From: an uncultured bacterium
GTDB taxonomy: Bacteria > Chloroflexota > Anaerolineae > Anaerolineales > E44-bin32
Length of the DNA stretch: 36,848 bases
Direction of reading: 5' to 3'
Assembly (NCBI GenBank): GCA_965364895.1
Contig: CBDTZL010000002.1
Location: 1 to 36,848, forward strand
Shown here piece by piece: positions 8,271 to 18,249 of the stretch. Position numbers and translations under genes: made by a program. How positions within the stretch are numbered: position 1 is the stretch's first letter; each line of letters starts with the position of its first letter. The notes beneath the pieces were generated by a model. It was given only the letters and a program-made list of their open reading frames with translations, ran no database searches and was not told the origin of the DNA.

Positions 8271-8875
8271 TCGCCGTCATCGACAACTACGACTCATTTA
8301 CCTATAACTTGGTTCAGTACCTGGGCGAGCTTGGCGCTGACGTGCGTGTCTACCGCAACGATGCGATCACTGCAGAAGAATTGGAGAGGCTAGATCCAAG
8401 CCATGTGGTGATCTCCCCGGGCCCGGGAGGACCGGCGGACGCCGGAATCTCGAATGATGTAATCCGCCGAATTGGGCCGCGGCGCCCGATCCTGGGAGTG
8501 TGTTTAGGTCACCAATGCATCGGTCAGGTGTTCGGCGGCCGCGTCGTGCGTGCTCCTCGACTCATGCATGGCAAGACCTCCCGTATCTACCATGACCTGG
8601 AGGGAATCTTTGCCGGCCTGCCCAGCCCGCTTGAGGCGACTCGCTACCACTCCCTGATCGTCGCCGATCCGCTACCCGAGGCCCTGGTACGAACCGCCTT
8701 CACGCAGCAAGGCGAAATCATGGGAATACGCCACCGCGCCCAGCCGATGTTCGGCCTCCAATTTCACCCCGAATCCTTCCTTACCATTCACGGAAAGCAA
8801 CTTCTACAGAATTTTCTGGATCAAGCACAACTGGAAAGCGCGGTTTCAGTGAGCAGTGAGCCAGCAGCTGCGTAG
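8267..8875 (+). CDS. trpG: anthranilate synthase component II (glutamine amidotransferase)
   Basis: [18 protein letters not shown] and GVCLGHQ (catalytic Cys), with HPES near the C-terminus. The start overlaps the trpE stop by 4 nt. Confidence 0.93.
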   Translation: MIAVIDNYDSFTYNLVQYLGELGADVRVYRNDAITAEELERLDPSHVVISPGPGGPADAGISNDVIRRIGPRRPILGVCLGHQCIGQVFGGRVVRAPRLMHGKTSRIYHDLEGIFAGLPSPLEATRYHSLIVADPLPEALVRTAFTQQGEIMGIRHRAQPMFGLQFHPESFLTIHGKQLLQNFLDQAQLESAVSVSSEPAAA

Positions 8876-8902
8876 TCGATCATTTGTCACATAGGAGGAG
8901 AC

Positions 8903-9934
8903 ATGCTTAAGCCGCAAATTGCCAAGCTGCTTGATGGCGAGCACCTGACGGCCGAAGAAGCCGAAGCGGCCATGGGCACCATCATGCGCGGAGAAGCATC
9001 TCAAGCTCAAATCGGCGGTTACCTGGTCGCCCTGCGCATGAACGGTGAAACAGTGGATGAGATAGTGGGCAGCGCTCGAGCGATGCGTGCCCACGCGAGT
9101 TCTATTCCACTAGTCGCAAATGGCAAGCGCCTGCAGGATACTGCTGGCACTGGCGGCGATGGATCCCACAGCTTCAATATTTCCACCGCGGCCGCCTTCG
9201 TAATTGCCGGGAGCGGATACAAAGTGGCTAAGCACGGCAATCGTGCCGCCTCCTCGAAATGTGGAAGCGCGGACGTACTTGAAGCGCTAGGTGTGGAAAT
9301 TGAGCTTTCCCCCGAACAGGTCGCGGCCTGCATCGAAGAGGTTGGTTTTGGATTTCTCTTCGCACCCAGCTTTCACCCCGCAATGAAACACGCTATCGGT
9401 CCACGGAGAGAGCTAGGGCAGCGGACAATCTTCAATCTACTGGGTCCGCTCACCAACCCAGCCGGCGCTACCCATCAATTGATCGGCGTTTATGATCCTG
9501 GTCTCACCGAAACGCTTGCAGAAGTTCTCGGAGCGTTGGGTGGGCAGGCCGCATTTGTCGTCCACGGGCATGGAGGTCTGGATGAATTGAGTACCAGCGG
9601 ACCGAACCGAGTGAGCCACCTTCGCCAGGGAAGCGTTACCACCTCAATGCTTGATGCTGCGGATTTGGGATTGAAGCCGGCCAGCCTCGAGCAGCTGCGC
9701 GGCGGGGATCCTGCTCGCAATGCTGAAATCCTGCGCGACCTGCTGGCCGGGGTCGATCGGTCCCCCCGCCGGGACGTCGTCCTGCTCAACGCCGCCGCCG
9801 CCCTGGCAACCGAGGACGGCGACTTTGAGCAAGGTCTTTCCATGGCGACCGCCTCGCTTGATGAAGGCATGGCGCTCGAAAAACTTGAGCAGCTGAGAGC
9901 TTTCAGTCAACGGTTCAACGGGACCGCCGGTTGA
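8903..9934 (+). CDS. trpD: anthranilate phosphoribosyltransferase
   Basis: DTAGTGGDGSHSFNISTAAAFV and KHGNRAASSKCGSADVLEALG motifs. AGGAGG RBS. Confidence 0.95.
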   Translation: MLKPQIAKLLDGEHLTAEEAEAAMGTIMRGEASQAQIGGYLVALRMNGETVDEIVGSARAMRAHASSIPLVANGKRLQDTAGTGGDGSHSFNISTAAAFVIAGSGYKVAKHGNRAASSKCGSADVLEALGVEIELSPEQVAACIEEVGFGFLFAPSFHPAMKHAIGPRRELGQRTIFNLLGPLTNPAGATHQLIGVYDPGLTETLAEVLGALGGQAAFVVHGHGGLDELSTSGPNRVSHLRQGSVTTSMLDAADLGLKPASLEQLRGGDPARNAEILRDLLAGVDRSPRRDVVLLNAAAALATEDGDFEQGLSMATASLDEGMALEKLEQLRAFSQRFNGTAG

Positions 9935-10743
9935 GCCTCCTCGATGAAATATTCGCGCACAAGCGGACCGAAGTTTTCCGCCAGCGAGAGATTCTTCCAC
10001 TGGCGCAGGTCAAGCTTCAAGCGGAGGCAGCCCAGCCACCCCAGGATTTCGTGTCCGCGCTGCTCGGAGGTCGCTCGCGCCCTTCCCTGATCGCAGAGGT
10101 TAAATTCGCCTCACCCTCGCGAGGATCATTCGCCATGAGGGATGATCCGCTGGAGTTGGCAGCAGTCTATCGAGACAACGGTGCCGCGGCCGTCAGCGTA
10201 TTAACCGATGAGCGCTACTTTAAGGGGCACCTTGATCACTTGAGAGTGATCGCGGAGCATTTCCCAACCCTTCCGCTGCTGCGCAAAGAATTCATCTTCG
10301 ACCCCTACCAGCTATTTCAGTCGCGCGCTGCCGGCGCGTCTGCGGTGCTGCTCATTGCCGCAGCCTTATCGCGCTCGCAGCTCCGCGACCTGCATCAGAT
10401 TTCCCACGACCTGGGAATGGCCGCCTTGGTAGAAGTGCACTCGTCCGAAGATCTCCAAGCCGCGCTGAGCTGCGGGCCAAACCTGATTGGTATTAACAAC
10501 CGTAATCTAAGCGACTTCAGCATGGACTTGGACACCACCCGTGACCTGCTGCCAGAGATTCCGGCCGGCATCTGCATCGTCTCAGAGAGCGGCATTCACA
10601 CCCCGGCCGACTACTCGGACCTCGACGTGGATGCCATATTGGTCGGTGAAGCAATCGCCACCGCGCCGGATGTGGCCGCGAAAGTACGAGATCTGGCAGG
10701 ACTCACGAAGACGGCGCAGAGAACGGTGCTCCATGATGAATGA
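9931..10743 (+). CDS. trpC: indole-3-glycerol-phosphate synthase
   Basis: LIAEVKFASPS, VLTDERYFKG and IGINNRNL motifs. The TTG start overlaps the trpD stop. Confidence 0.92.
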   Translation: MSLLDEIFAHKRTEVFRQREILPLAQVKLQAEAAQPPQDFVSALLGGRSRPSLIAEVKFASPSRGSFAMRDDPLELAAVYRDNGAAAVSVLTDERYFKGHLDHLRVIAEHFPTLPLLRKEFIFDPYQLFQSRAAGASAVLLIAAALSRSQLRDLHQISHDLGMAALVEVHSSEDLQAALSCGPNLIGINNRNLSDFSMDLDTTRDLLPEIPAGICIVSESGIHTPADYSDLDVDAILVGEAIATAPDVAAKVRDLAGLTKTAQRTVLHDE

Positions 10744-10848
10744 ATCCGGCAACGAATGTGAAATGGACAATTCCTCTCGATGCGCTCGCGATAGAGCCTT
10801 CTTCAAATCGCGGTCGAACGTCGATCACCGGCATTGGGATAACAAATC

Positions 10849-11505
10849 ATGAAAATCAAGATCTGCGGCCTGACCAACCTAAATGATGCGCTTGCCGCCG
10901 CCGAGGCAGGCGCCGACTTGCTGGGGTTTAATTTCTACTCGGGCAGTCCGCGTTATATTGATCCGGCTCACTGTGCGGAGATCACCGCCGCCTTGAGGGC
11001 GAAGCGGGCAGGTGTCCTGACAGTCGGCGTTTTCGTAAACGCTCCCGTGCCCACCATCACCGAAGTCCAACAGGGCTGCAACCTCGATCTGGCTCAACTC
11101 CACGGCGACGAGCCTCCTGGAAAGTTAGAGCAGCTAGAGGGACGAGCCTTCAAGGCCATACGTCCGCAAACGCCTGCTGAAGCCGACGGCGCATGGCGTC
11201 GCTACTCGCGAGTACGCCATGGACAGGGTCCGGAATTGCTAGTTGATGCCCACCGCGCGGGACAATATGGGGGGACCGGTGAGGTCGGCGACTGGGGCCT
11301 GGCAAAGTCGCTGGCAGCCAAAGGGCTGATTCTCCTTGCGGGCGGGCTTACTCCGGAAAATGTAAGCGCTGCAATTGCTCAGGTAGGGCCGTGGGGCGTT
11401 GATGTAGCTTCCGGCGTTGAATCTCGGCCGGGTATTAAAGATCTAGACAAGCTGAGGGCCTTTGTGCAGGCGGTGCGTATTTCCGAACGGGAGACGATGC
11501 AGTGA
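10849..11505 (+). CDS. trpF: phosphoribosylanthranilate isomerase
   Basis: [10 protein letters not shown]-terminus, LAQLHGDE, and the GGTG...LAGGL C-terminal motifs. Confidence 0.9.
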   Translation: MKIKICGLTNLNDALAAAEAGADLLGFNFYSGSPRYIDPAHCAEITAALRAKRAGVLTVGVFVNAPVPTITEVQQGCNLDLAQLHGDEPPGKLEQLEGRAFKAIRPQTPAEADGAWRRYSRVRHGQGPELLVDAHRAGQYGGTGEVGDWGLAKSLAAKGLILLAGGLTPENVSAAIAQVGPWGVDVASGVESRPGIKDLDKLRAFVQAVRISERETMQ

Positions 11506-12728
11506 ATTCAGATTCTCTGCCTTCCAAATTTGGCACCTACGGCGGCCAGTACGTTCCCGAGACTCTGATGCCTGCCCTGACCGAGCTTGAAGGCGCCTAC
11601 ATCCAATCGCGGGCAGATCCGCTATTTCAGGCTGAACTGGAGCGATTGCTGGACACCTATGCGGGACGCCCAACCCCGCTCAGCCATGCCCGCCGGCTCA
11701 CCGCCATGTTCTCCGGGGCTCAGATTTACCTCAAGCGCGAAGACCTGGCCCACTCCGGCGCGCACAAGATCAACAACACCCTGGGGCAGGCCCTGTTGGC
11801 CCGCCAGATGGGTAAGCAGCGCGTCATTGCTGAGACTGGTGCGGGCCAGCACGGCGTGGCCACAGCCACCGCCTGTGCGTTGCTGGACCTGGAATGTGTG
11901 GTTTATATGGGCACTGTTGATATTGAGCGTCAGGCGCCTAATGTGTTGCGGATGCGCTTGCTAGGAGCAGAGGTGCGCCCGGTTGAGGCAGGTAGCCAGA
12001 CGCTAAAAGATGCGATTAACGAGGCGATTCGCGACTGGGTAACCAATGTTCGGGATACGCACTACCTGCTGGGGTCTGCCTTAGGCCCACACCCTTACCC
12101 CACGATCGTTCGAGAGCTGCAAAGCGTAATAGGGCGGGAGGCGCGCGAGCAAATACTGCGCCAGGCCGGAAGCCTCCCCGATCAATGTATTGCCTGTGTT
12201 GGCGGCGGCTCTAACGCCATTGGCCTGTTCAGCGCCTTCCTCGAGGATGAGCATGTCGCATTGATCGGAGTGGAAGCTGGCGGAAGTGGAATTGAAAGTG
12301 GAAAACATGCCGCCCGTTTCGCCGACCCAACCACCGGGCGGCCGGGAGTGCTCCACGGCACTTACTCGTATGTGCTCCAGGATGCGGATGGGCAGATTGC
12401 AGGTACGCACTCCATTGCGGCCGGCTTGGACTATCCCGCGGTTGGTCCGGAGCATGCCCTGCTCCGTGAGCTGGGCCGCGCTTCGTACACCTGGGTGACG
12501 GATGAACAGGCGCTAGAGGCCTTTCAGCTCCTATCGCGGATGGAAGGCATCCTACCGGCACTGGAATCAGCACACGCTGTAGCGGAAGCGATTCGGCGGG
12601 CTCCGGACATGGAGCAGGATCAGATCCTGCTTGTCAATCTCAGCGGCCGCGGGGATAAGGATCTGGATACCGTGACTCGCGCGCTGGATTCGGCCGAGGC
12701 ACATGGGGATCAGGAATCGATTGCATGA
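11502..12728 (+). CDS. trpB: tryptophan synthase beta chain
   Basis: [33 protein letters not shown] (PLP lysine) and GGGSNAIG motifs. The GTG start overlaps the trpF stop. Confidence 0.95.
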   Translation: MNSDSLPSKFGTYGGQYVPETLMPALTELEGAYIQSRADPLFQAELERLLDTYAGRPTPLSHARRLTAMFSGAQIYLKREDLAHSGAHKINNTLGQALLARQMGKQRVIAETGAGQHGVATATACALLDLECVVYMGTVDIERQAPNVLRMRLLGAEVRPVEAGSQTLKDAINEAIRDWVTNVRDTHYLLGSALGPHPYPTIVRELQSVIGREAREQILRQAGSLPDQCIACVGGGSNAIGLFSAFLEDEHVALIGVEAGGSGIESGKHAARFADPTTGRPGVLHGTYSYVLQDADGQIAGTHSIAAGLDYPAVGPEHALLRELGRASYTWVTDEQALEAFQLLSRMEGILPALESAHAVAEAIRRAPDMEQDQILLVNLSGRGDKDLDTVTRALDSAEAHGDQESIA

Positions 12729-13546
12729 GCGGATTGGATAACATTGCTTCGGTATTCAAGTCAACCCACGCTGCCGGACGCGCCGCGCTGATGCCTTACT
12801 TTACGCTGGGATTTCCCGATAAGCAGTCTTCAATAGAGATCATCGAGGCCGTCGCCAGCTCGGGCGCCGACCTCATCGAGCTGGGAATACCATTTTCTGA
12901 TCCACTTGCGGATGGGCCGACGATCCAACGTTCAACTCAGATCGCCCTGCAACAGGGAACCACGGTGGCTGGCTGCCTGGAGATGACGGCGGAGTTGCGT
13001 TCGCGGGGTGTAGGCCAACCGTTGATCTTGATGGGCTATGTAAACCCCATCCTTTCCTTCGGCGTCGAGCAATTTGTAGCAGAGGCCTCAAGTGCAGGTG
13101 CAGACGGTTTTATCGTGCCCGATTTGCCTCCGGAGGAGGCGGTTGAGATGCAGGCCGCCTGCCTGAAATATGGTCGAGCCTTGATCCTCATGCTGGCGCC
13201 AACCTCCACTCCAGCTCGATTCACCACAGTCATCGAGCGGGGCGCAGGCTTTTTGTACCTTGTCTCGCTGGTGGGGGTAACCGGCGCTCGGTCTGAGCTT
13301 CCGTCAGGATTGCAGGAATTCGTTCAACGGGTGCGTGATCTGACCGCAGTCCCGCTCGCGGTAGGCTTTGGTGTCTCGACGCCAGAGCAGGCCCAGGCCG
13401 TTGGAGCCTTCGCAGATGGAGTGATTGTCGGTTCGGCCCTGATTAACGCCGTCGAAGGCGCAGAGGATTTGCCACGGGCCGCGGCGAGCTACGTGGGGGA
13501 TTTGCGAACTGCCCTCGAATTATCACGCGACCCTCAAGGTCGCTAG
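12725..13546 (+). CDS. trpA: tryptophan synthase alpha chain
   Basis: [28 protein letters not shown] and GFGVSTPEQ motifs. Overlaps the trpB stop by 4 nt. Confidence 0.95.
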   Translation: MSGLDNIASVFKSTHAAGRAALMPYFTLGFPDKQSSIEIIEAVASSGADLIELGIPFSDPLADGPTIQRSTQIALQQGTTVAGCLEMTAELRSRGVGQPLILMGYVNPILSFGVEQFVAEASSAGADGFIVPDLPPEEAVEMQAACLKYGRALILMLAPTSTPARFTTVIERGAGFLYLVSLVGVTGARSELPSGLQEFVQRVRDLTAVPLAVGFGVSTPEQAQAVGAFADGVIVGSALINAVEGAEDLPRAAASYVGDLRTALELSRDPQGR

Positions 13547-13653
13547 CCCACATCCGATTCAGCGCGCGCTTCATGTGAGTACGGTCAGCAGCCTCGCTTG
13601 ACAGCATCGGCAGTCGCGTGTTAACGTTGCCTGCAACAATCAAATAAAGAAAC

Positions 13654-13762
13654 GCTCTTATCCAGAGAGGTGGAGGGACTGGCCCTGTGAAGCCTCGGCA
13701 ACCAGTTGGAGACTGTCTCCAACCAGGTGCCAACTCCGACAGCGATAGCTGGGAGATGAGAG
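13654..13762 (+). promoter_or_regulatory. SAM-I (S-box) riboswitch aptamer
   Basis: Near-consensus S-box: CTCTTATCCAGAGAGGTGGAGGGACTGGCCCTGTGAAGCCTCGGCAACC...GGTGCCAACTCCGACAG...GAGATGAGAG. Confidence 0.9.
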
Positions 13763-13776
13763 ATGGTGGAACGCCC

Positions 13777-13816
13777 TGACCTCTCCAATCTTTCGGAAGA
13801 GGTCATTTGCTTTCTC
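13777..13816 (+). terminator. expression-platform terminator of the SAM-I riboswitch
   Basis: TGACCTCT 13777-13784 pairs with AGAGGTCA 13798-13805, followed by TTTGCTTTCTC. Confidence 0.55.
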
Positions 13817-13843
13817 GGGATAGGAGACTCGAGGAGGAGACTT

Positions 13844-15055
13844 ATGTTGAAACATACAAGTGACAATGGGCAATCCTTGCGGCTCGAAACTGACGTTGTC
13901 CATGCAGGCGATAAACGCCCGTACCCGCACCACGCCCTAGCGCTTCCAATTTTCGACACGGCAACCTACACGTTTGAGAACACCGCTGATCTCCGCGAGT
14001 TTATGGAAGCTCGCATGTGGGGGCTTGTTGAGGGAAGGGCGGAGTACGGGCGGTATGGTAACCCCACCGTCTCGGCGGTTGAGTCTCGGATCGCGGCCCT
14101 TGAGTCCGGTCAGGCGGCGATTCTCATGTCCTCCGGAATGGCCGCGATCACTACCACTTTGCTCTCATTACTCTATGCGGGCGACCATCTGATCATCACA
14201 GATGATTCATACAGGCGCACACGTCAATTTTGCCTGACCTTCCTCAAGCGCTGGGGGATTGAGAGCACGATAGTGCCGGCCGGCGATTTGGAGCAGCTAG
14301 AGAGCGCGATCCGGCCCGATACAAAAATCATCATCTCTGAATCGCCAACCAATCCCTACTTGCGCGTCCTGGATCTGGAGCGGCTTGTGGACATCGCTAA
14401 GCGACATAAAGTCAAGACGCTGATCGACAGCACCTTCTCGACTCCTATCAATCAGTGCCCACTCGAATACGGCGTCGATCTGGTCGTAGATTCAGCCACC
14501 AAGTATCTAGGCGGCCACAATGATCTGCTCGCCGGAGTTGTAGTGAGCTCAGAGTCTTTGATAGCGATGATTCGGCAGAACCAATGGGTCACGGGGGCGG
14601 TCTGTGATCCTCACACGGCCTATCTTATCCAACGGGGTATTAAAACGTTGGCCTTGCGCGTGCGCCAGCAGAACGCGAGTGCTCAAATGATTGCCGAATT
14701 TCTGGAGACACAGGGTCAAATTCGCCGGGTTTGGTACCCGGGGCTCGACTCCCATCCGGATCACGATGTCGCCCGACGGCAGATGCGTGGCTTTGGAGGG
14801 GTCGTAAGCTTCGAATTGGAGGGCGACTTGGACGTGACCAGCAAGTTTATCGATGCCGTCCAAATCCCGTTAATTGCCTCCAGCCTGGGAGGAGTTGAGA
14901 CCCTGATTGAACAGCCGGCGCTCATGTCTTACTATGAGCTCTCCACAGAGGAACGGTTGGAGATCGGCATCAAGGACAATCTGGTCAGGCTCTCAGTGGG
15001 GATCGAGAGTGCCGAGGATTTGATCGCCGACCTGGGCGTGGCCCTGCAAGCCTGA
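13844..15055 (+). CDS. Cys/Met-metabolism PLP-dependent enzyme (cystathionine gamma-synthase / beta-lyase family)
   Basis: DSATKYLGGHNDLLAGVV (PLP lysine motif) and the SLGGVETLIEQPA C-terminal motif. I chose the start at ATG 13844, which follows GAGGAGGAGA at 13831-13840. The longer ORF from 13763 would begin inside the riboswitch platform. Confidence 0.85.
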   Translation: MLKHTSDNGQSLRLETDVVHAGDKRPYPHHALALPIFDTATYTFENTADLREFMEARMWGLVEGRAEYGRYGNPTVSAVESRIAALESGQAAILMSSGMAAITTTLLSLLYAGDHLIITDDSYRRTRQFCLTFLKRWGIESTIVPAGDLEQLESAIRPDTKIIISESPTNPYLRVLDLERLVDIAKRHKVKTLIDSTFSTPINQCPLEYGVDLVVDSATKYLGGHNDLLAGVVVSSESLIAMIRQNQWVTGAVCDPHTAYLIQRGIKTLALRVRQQNASAQMIAEFLETQGQIRRVWYPGLDSHPDHDVARRQMRGFGGVVSFELEGDLDVTSKFIDAVQIPLIASSLGGVETLIEQPALMSYYELSTEERLEIGIKDNLVRLSVGIESAEDLIADLGVALQA

Positions 15056-15231
15056 TGTAGGAACCAATCGTCAGCAATTGACTAACCGGGCCGTAGTTGG
15101 AGCGGCTGATTCTGCGAGTTCGACCCTCCAACTTTCCAATTCTGAACCGAAAAAGGGCCAAAAAAGGCCGTATGGTAAACTAGCCTCGCTTTGAAGAGGT
15201 GTGCCCGCTCCCGCACTGAGCGCGAACTTTA

Positions 15232-17229
15232 ATGCTCACTACCCCGGAACGACTCCTCTTTTTTCTCCTTCTCGTCTCCACAGTTTCTCTAGCTACCAAA
15301 GGCACATACCGCATCATTCGGATCATTTCGCGCGGGCGCGGAAAGCCAGATTGGTGGATGGGCATCCGGCGCGCCTGGGATGCATTCAGGAAGTCGATCA
15401 CCTTCTCACCAGTATTTCGAGCGCGTCTCGGCCCCAGCCTCTTACACGGGTTCGTGGGCTGGGCGTTTATTTATTACCTGCTGGTCAACCTAGGGGATGT
15501 CTTAGAAGGCTTCATTCCCGATTATCTTTTCCTCGGCACTGGTACGGTTGGAGATCTCTATCGCCTGGGAGTTGATGTGCTCAGCGTCGCGGCGCTGTTT
15601 GGCATGACGCTGCTGCTCATTCGGCGCTTTGCCCTGCGCGCCCCCGAGCTAACAATCCGAGAGTCGACTCACCTTCACCCAAAAGCCAGGTCCGGGATCC
15701 GACGAGATTCGGCAATCGTCGGCGGATTCATCCTCATTCATGTGGGGTCCCAATTCTTGGGGCAGAGCTTTGCGATCGCCGCGACGAGAGCCGATTCCTG
15801 GCAGCCATTCGCCTCCACAGTAGCAGGTCTCTGGAGCGGGCTCTCCGCAACCGCACTCACCGCGGGGGAACACATCTGGTGGTGGCTGTCCATTGGCACC
15901 ATTCTGCTCTTCCTACCGTACTTTCCATACTCCAAACACATCCACCTATTTATCGCTCCGTTAAATTTCCTGCTGCACCCGGTGCGCCCATCGATGGGGA
16001 CATTGGATGCGCTGGATTTTGAAGACGAATCGGTAGAGCAGTTTGGAGTGGCGCGGCTGGAGGACCTGTCCTGGAAGGGGTTGATAGATGCCTACGCCTG
16101 CATCATGTGTAACCGGTGCCAGGATGCATGCCCGGCGTATGAGACCGGTAAGGTTCTGTCGCCTGCAGCCTTAGAAATCAACAAACGTTACTTTCTCAAT
16201 CAAGAGGGATCACGAATCGCAGCCGGTGAGCAGAGCAGCCAGACGCTGCTCGACTTCGCCATTTCGGCCGAGGCGGTTTGGGCCTGCACTGCCTGCGGCG
16301 CGTGTGTGGAGGTGTGCCCTGTCGGAATCGAGCCGATGCGAGACATTTTAGAAATCCGCCAGAGCATGGTCTTGATGGAAAACGAGTTCCCGGAACAACT
16401 GCAGACCGCCTACCGGGGGATGGAACGGGCGGCTAACCCCTGGAACATCCCACCCGAAGAACGCTTGAAGTGGGCGGAGGGATTGGACGTTCCGACTATT
16501 CAACAGAACCCGGACCCCGAGATATTGTGGTGGGTGGGCTGTGCAGCGGCGACCGATCCCCGAGCACAGGAAACGGCTAGGGCGTTTGCGAAGGTGCTCA
16601 ATGCGGCCGGGGTTAACTTCTCGGTACTTGGGACGCAAGAACAATGCACCGGAGACGCTGCCCGTCGATCAGGCAACGAGTATCTCTTCAACGAGCTGGC
16701 AAGCAGCAACGTAGAGACGCTAGACCAGGTCAAAGCCCAACGTATCGTTGCTGCCTGTCCCCATTGCTTGCACACCTTAAAAACAGAGTACCCGGCCTTT
16801 GGCGGGGAATATGAGGTAGTCCACCATACTGAGTACATTCAAGAGTTGATAACCTCCGGTCGTCTGAAGTCTAATGAGGATCAGAGGCTGGAAAATATTA
16901 CATTCCATGACCCATGCTATTTGGGCCGACAGAATGGTATTGTTGCAGCGCCCCGTGAGGCGCTCGGGCTGGTGGACATCAAGCTCGAGGAAATGCCGAG
17001 GAGCGGAGATAATTCATTTTGCTGCGGAGCTGGAGGGGCTCAGTTTTGGAAGGAAGAAGAAAGCGGGTTGGAGCGGGTGAGTGCCGATCGCATTCGAGAG
17101 GCGGAAGCAACCGGCGCAGATACCCTAGCCGTGGGATGTCCGTTCTGCATGATGATGCTCTCAGATGCCTCACAGAACGGGATGCAGGTGCGGGACGTGG
17201 CCGAAATTGTGGCAGAGCGGGTTAGTTAA
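15232..17229 (+). CDS. membrane-anchored Fe-S oxidoreductase, HdrE/HdrD-like fusion (polytopic N-domain, two [4Fe-4S] motifs, two CCG cysteine-rich domains)
   Basis: About 250 aa of hydrophobic N-terminal domain with conserved His residues (LLHGF, ILIHVG, SKHIHLF). CIMCNRCQDACP and CTACGACVEVCP ferredoxin motifs. CCG-type domains: VGC...CTGD...CPHC and DPCYLG...FCCGAGG...GCPFC. Confidence 0.85.
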   Translation: MLTTPERLLFFLLLVSTVSLATKGTYRIIRIISRGRGKPDWWMGIRRAWDAFRKSITFSPVFRARLGPSLLHGFVGWAFIYYLLVNLGDVLEGFIPDYLFLGTGTVGDLYRLGVDVLSVAALFGMTLLLIRRFALRAPELTIRESTHLHPKARSGIRRDSAIVGGFILIHVGSQFLGQSFAIAATRADSWQPFASTVAGLWSGLSATALTAGEHIWWWLSIGTILLFLPYFPYSKHIHLFIAPLNFLLHPVRPSMGTLDALDFEDESVEQFGVARLEDLSWKGLIDAYACIMCNRCQDACPAYETGKVLSPAALEINKRYFLNQEGSRIAAGEQSSQTLLDFAISAEAVWACTACGACVEVCPVGIEPMRDILEIRQSMVLMENEFPEQLQTAYRGMERAANPWNIPPEERLKWAEGLDVPTIQQNPDPEILWWVGCAAATDPRAQETARAFAKVLNAAGVNFSVLGTQEQCTGDAARRSGNEYLFNELASSNVETLDQVKAQRIVAACPHCLHTLKTEYPAFGGEYEVVHHTEYIQELITSGRLKSNEDQRLENITFHDPCYLGRQNGIVAAPREALGLVDIKLEEMPRSGDNSFCCGAGGAQFWKEEESGLERVSADRIREAEATGADTLAVGCPFCMMMLSDASQNGMQVRDVAEIVAERVS

Positions 17230-17241
17230 GGGAGAAACTGA

Positions 17242-18249
17242 ATGGAAGCTCAGGAAGAACTCCAGGTCGACCTCAGCACGGAGAGCCTGCTTGAAATGTA
17301 TTGGTTGATGGTGCTCTCGCGCCGGCTGGATGAACGGACCTGGATCCTCCACCGACAAGGAAAGATCGCTTTTCATATCTCCGCGATCGGCCACGAGGCG
17401 GCGCAGGTAGGCGCTGCAATGGCCCTCCGCAAGGGAGATGATTGGGTTGCTCCTTATTATCGCGATCTGGCCATGATGATTGCGCTCGGTTTCACCCCGA
17501 AGGATTTCATGCTCGGAGTGATGGGAAAGAAGGGCGATCCGAATTCCGGTGGCCGACAGATGCCCAGCCACTGGAGCATGAGACGATTGAATGTTATCAG
17601 TCATTCATCAGTGGTGGGCACCCAGGCCGTCCACGCCGCTGGAATCGGCTTTGCGATGAAATTGCGCGGGGACGACGCCGTTGTGCTTAGCTCCATCGGT
17701 GAGGGATCAACCTCCCAGGGCGAATGGTATGAGGCGGTCAACTGGGCTGCCATCCATCAATTGCCTGTCATCTTTATGGTGGAGAACAACCTCTACGCGA
17801 TTTCCGTCCGCCAGGAGAAGCAAATGGCGGTTGAAAAAGTGGCCGACAAGGCGGCCGGTCTGGGCTTGCCCGGTGTAACTGTCGATGGCCTCGATGCAAT
17901 TTCTGTACACCAAGCGGTATCGGAGGCCGCTGAACGAGCGCGCTCAGGCGATGGACCAACCATCGTCGAAACCATGGTCAATCGAATGACCCCACACTCT
18001 TCGGATGACGACGATCGATCCTATCGACCGCGGGAGGAATTGGAAGCGCAAAAGGCTCAAGATCCGGTGCACTTGCAGCGAGATAAATTGCTTGCCGCAG
18101 GAATTCTCACTGAAGAAGCCGAGAACGAATTGCAGGAGCGGGCCAAGACAGAAGTAGAGCAAGCAGTGGAGTACGCAACTGAAGCTCCTTACCCGGATAT
18201 TTCCGAGGCAAGCTATCCAGTGTATGCGGAGGATCGCGTCGATGACTGA
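17242..18249 (+). CDS. 2-oxoacid dehydrogenase E1 component alpha subunit (PDH/BCKDH heterotetrameric type)
   Basis: ThDP-binding region GEGSTSQGEWYEAVNWAAIHQLPVIFMVENNLYAIS. The phosphorylation-loop-like region MTPHSSDDD is also present. Confidence 0.9.
   Translation: MEAQEELQVDLSTESLLEMYWLMVLSRRLDERTWILHRQGKIAFHISAIGHEAAQVGAAMALRKGDDWVAPYYRDLAMMIALGFTPKDFMLGVMGKKGDPNSGGRQMPSHWSMRRLNVISHSSVVGTQAVHAAGIGFAMKLRGDDAVVLSSIGEGSTSQGEWYEAVNWAAIHQLPVIFMVENNLYAISVRQEKQMAVEKVADKAAGLGLPGVTVDGLDAISVHQAVSEAAERARSGDGPTIVETMVNRMTPHSSDDDDRSYRPREELEAQKAQDPVHLQRDKLLAAGILTEEAENELQERAKTEVEQAVEYATEAPYPDISEASYPVYAEDRVDD

Noticed and set aside
10744-10848. 105-nt gap between trpC and trpF in an otherwise overlapping operon
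   Set aside because: I looked for an internal promoter, riboswitch or small ORF. I found only a weak 6-bp inverted repeat (CGCGAT/ATCGCG), which is not enough to call a feature.
13621-13959. 112-aa and 91-aa minus-strand ORFs, plus the 13763 start of the + strand ORF
   Set aside because: They overlap the SAM-I aptamer and its terminator. The PLP enzyme has a far better start and RBS at 13844.
15096-15135. GTTGGAG...CTCCAAC hairpin followed by TTT, after the PLP enzyme gene
   Set aside because: It is a possible terminator, but the loop is 23 nt and the U-tract is short. That is too weak to list as a feature.
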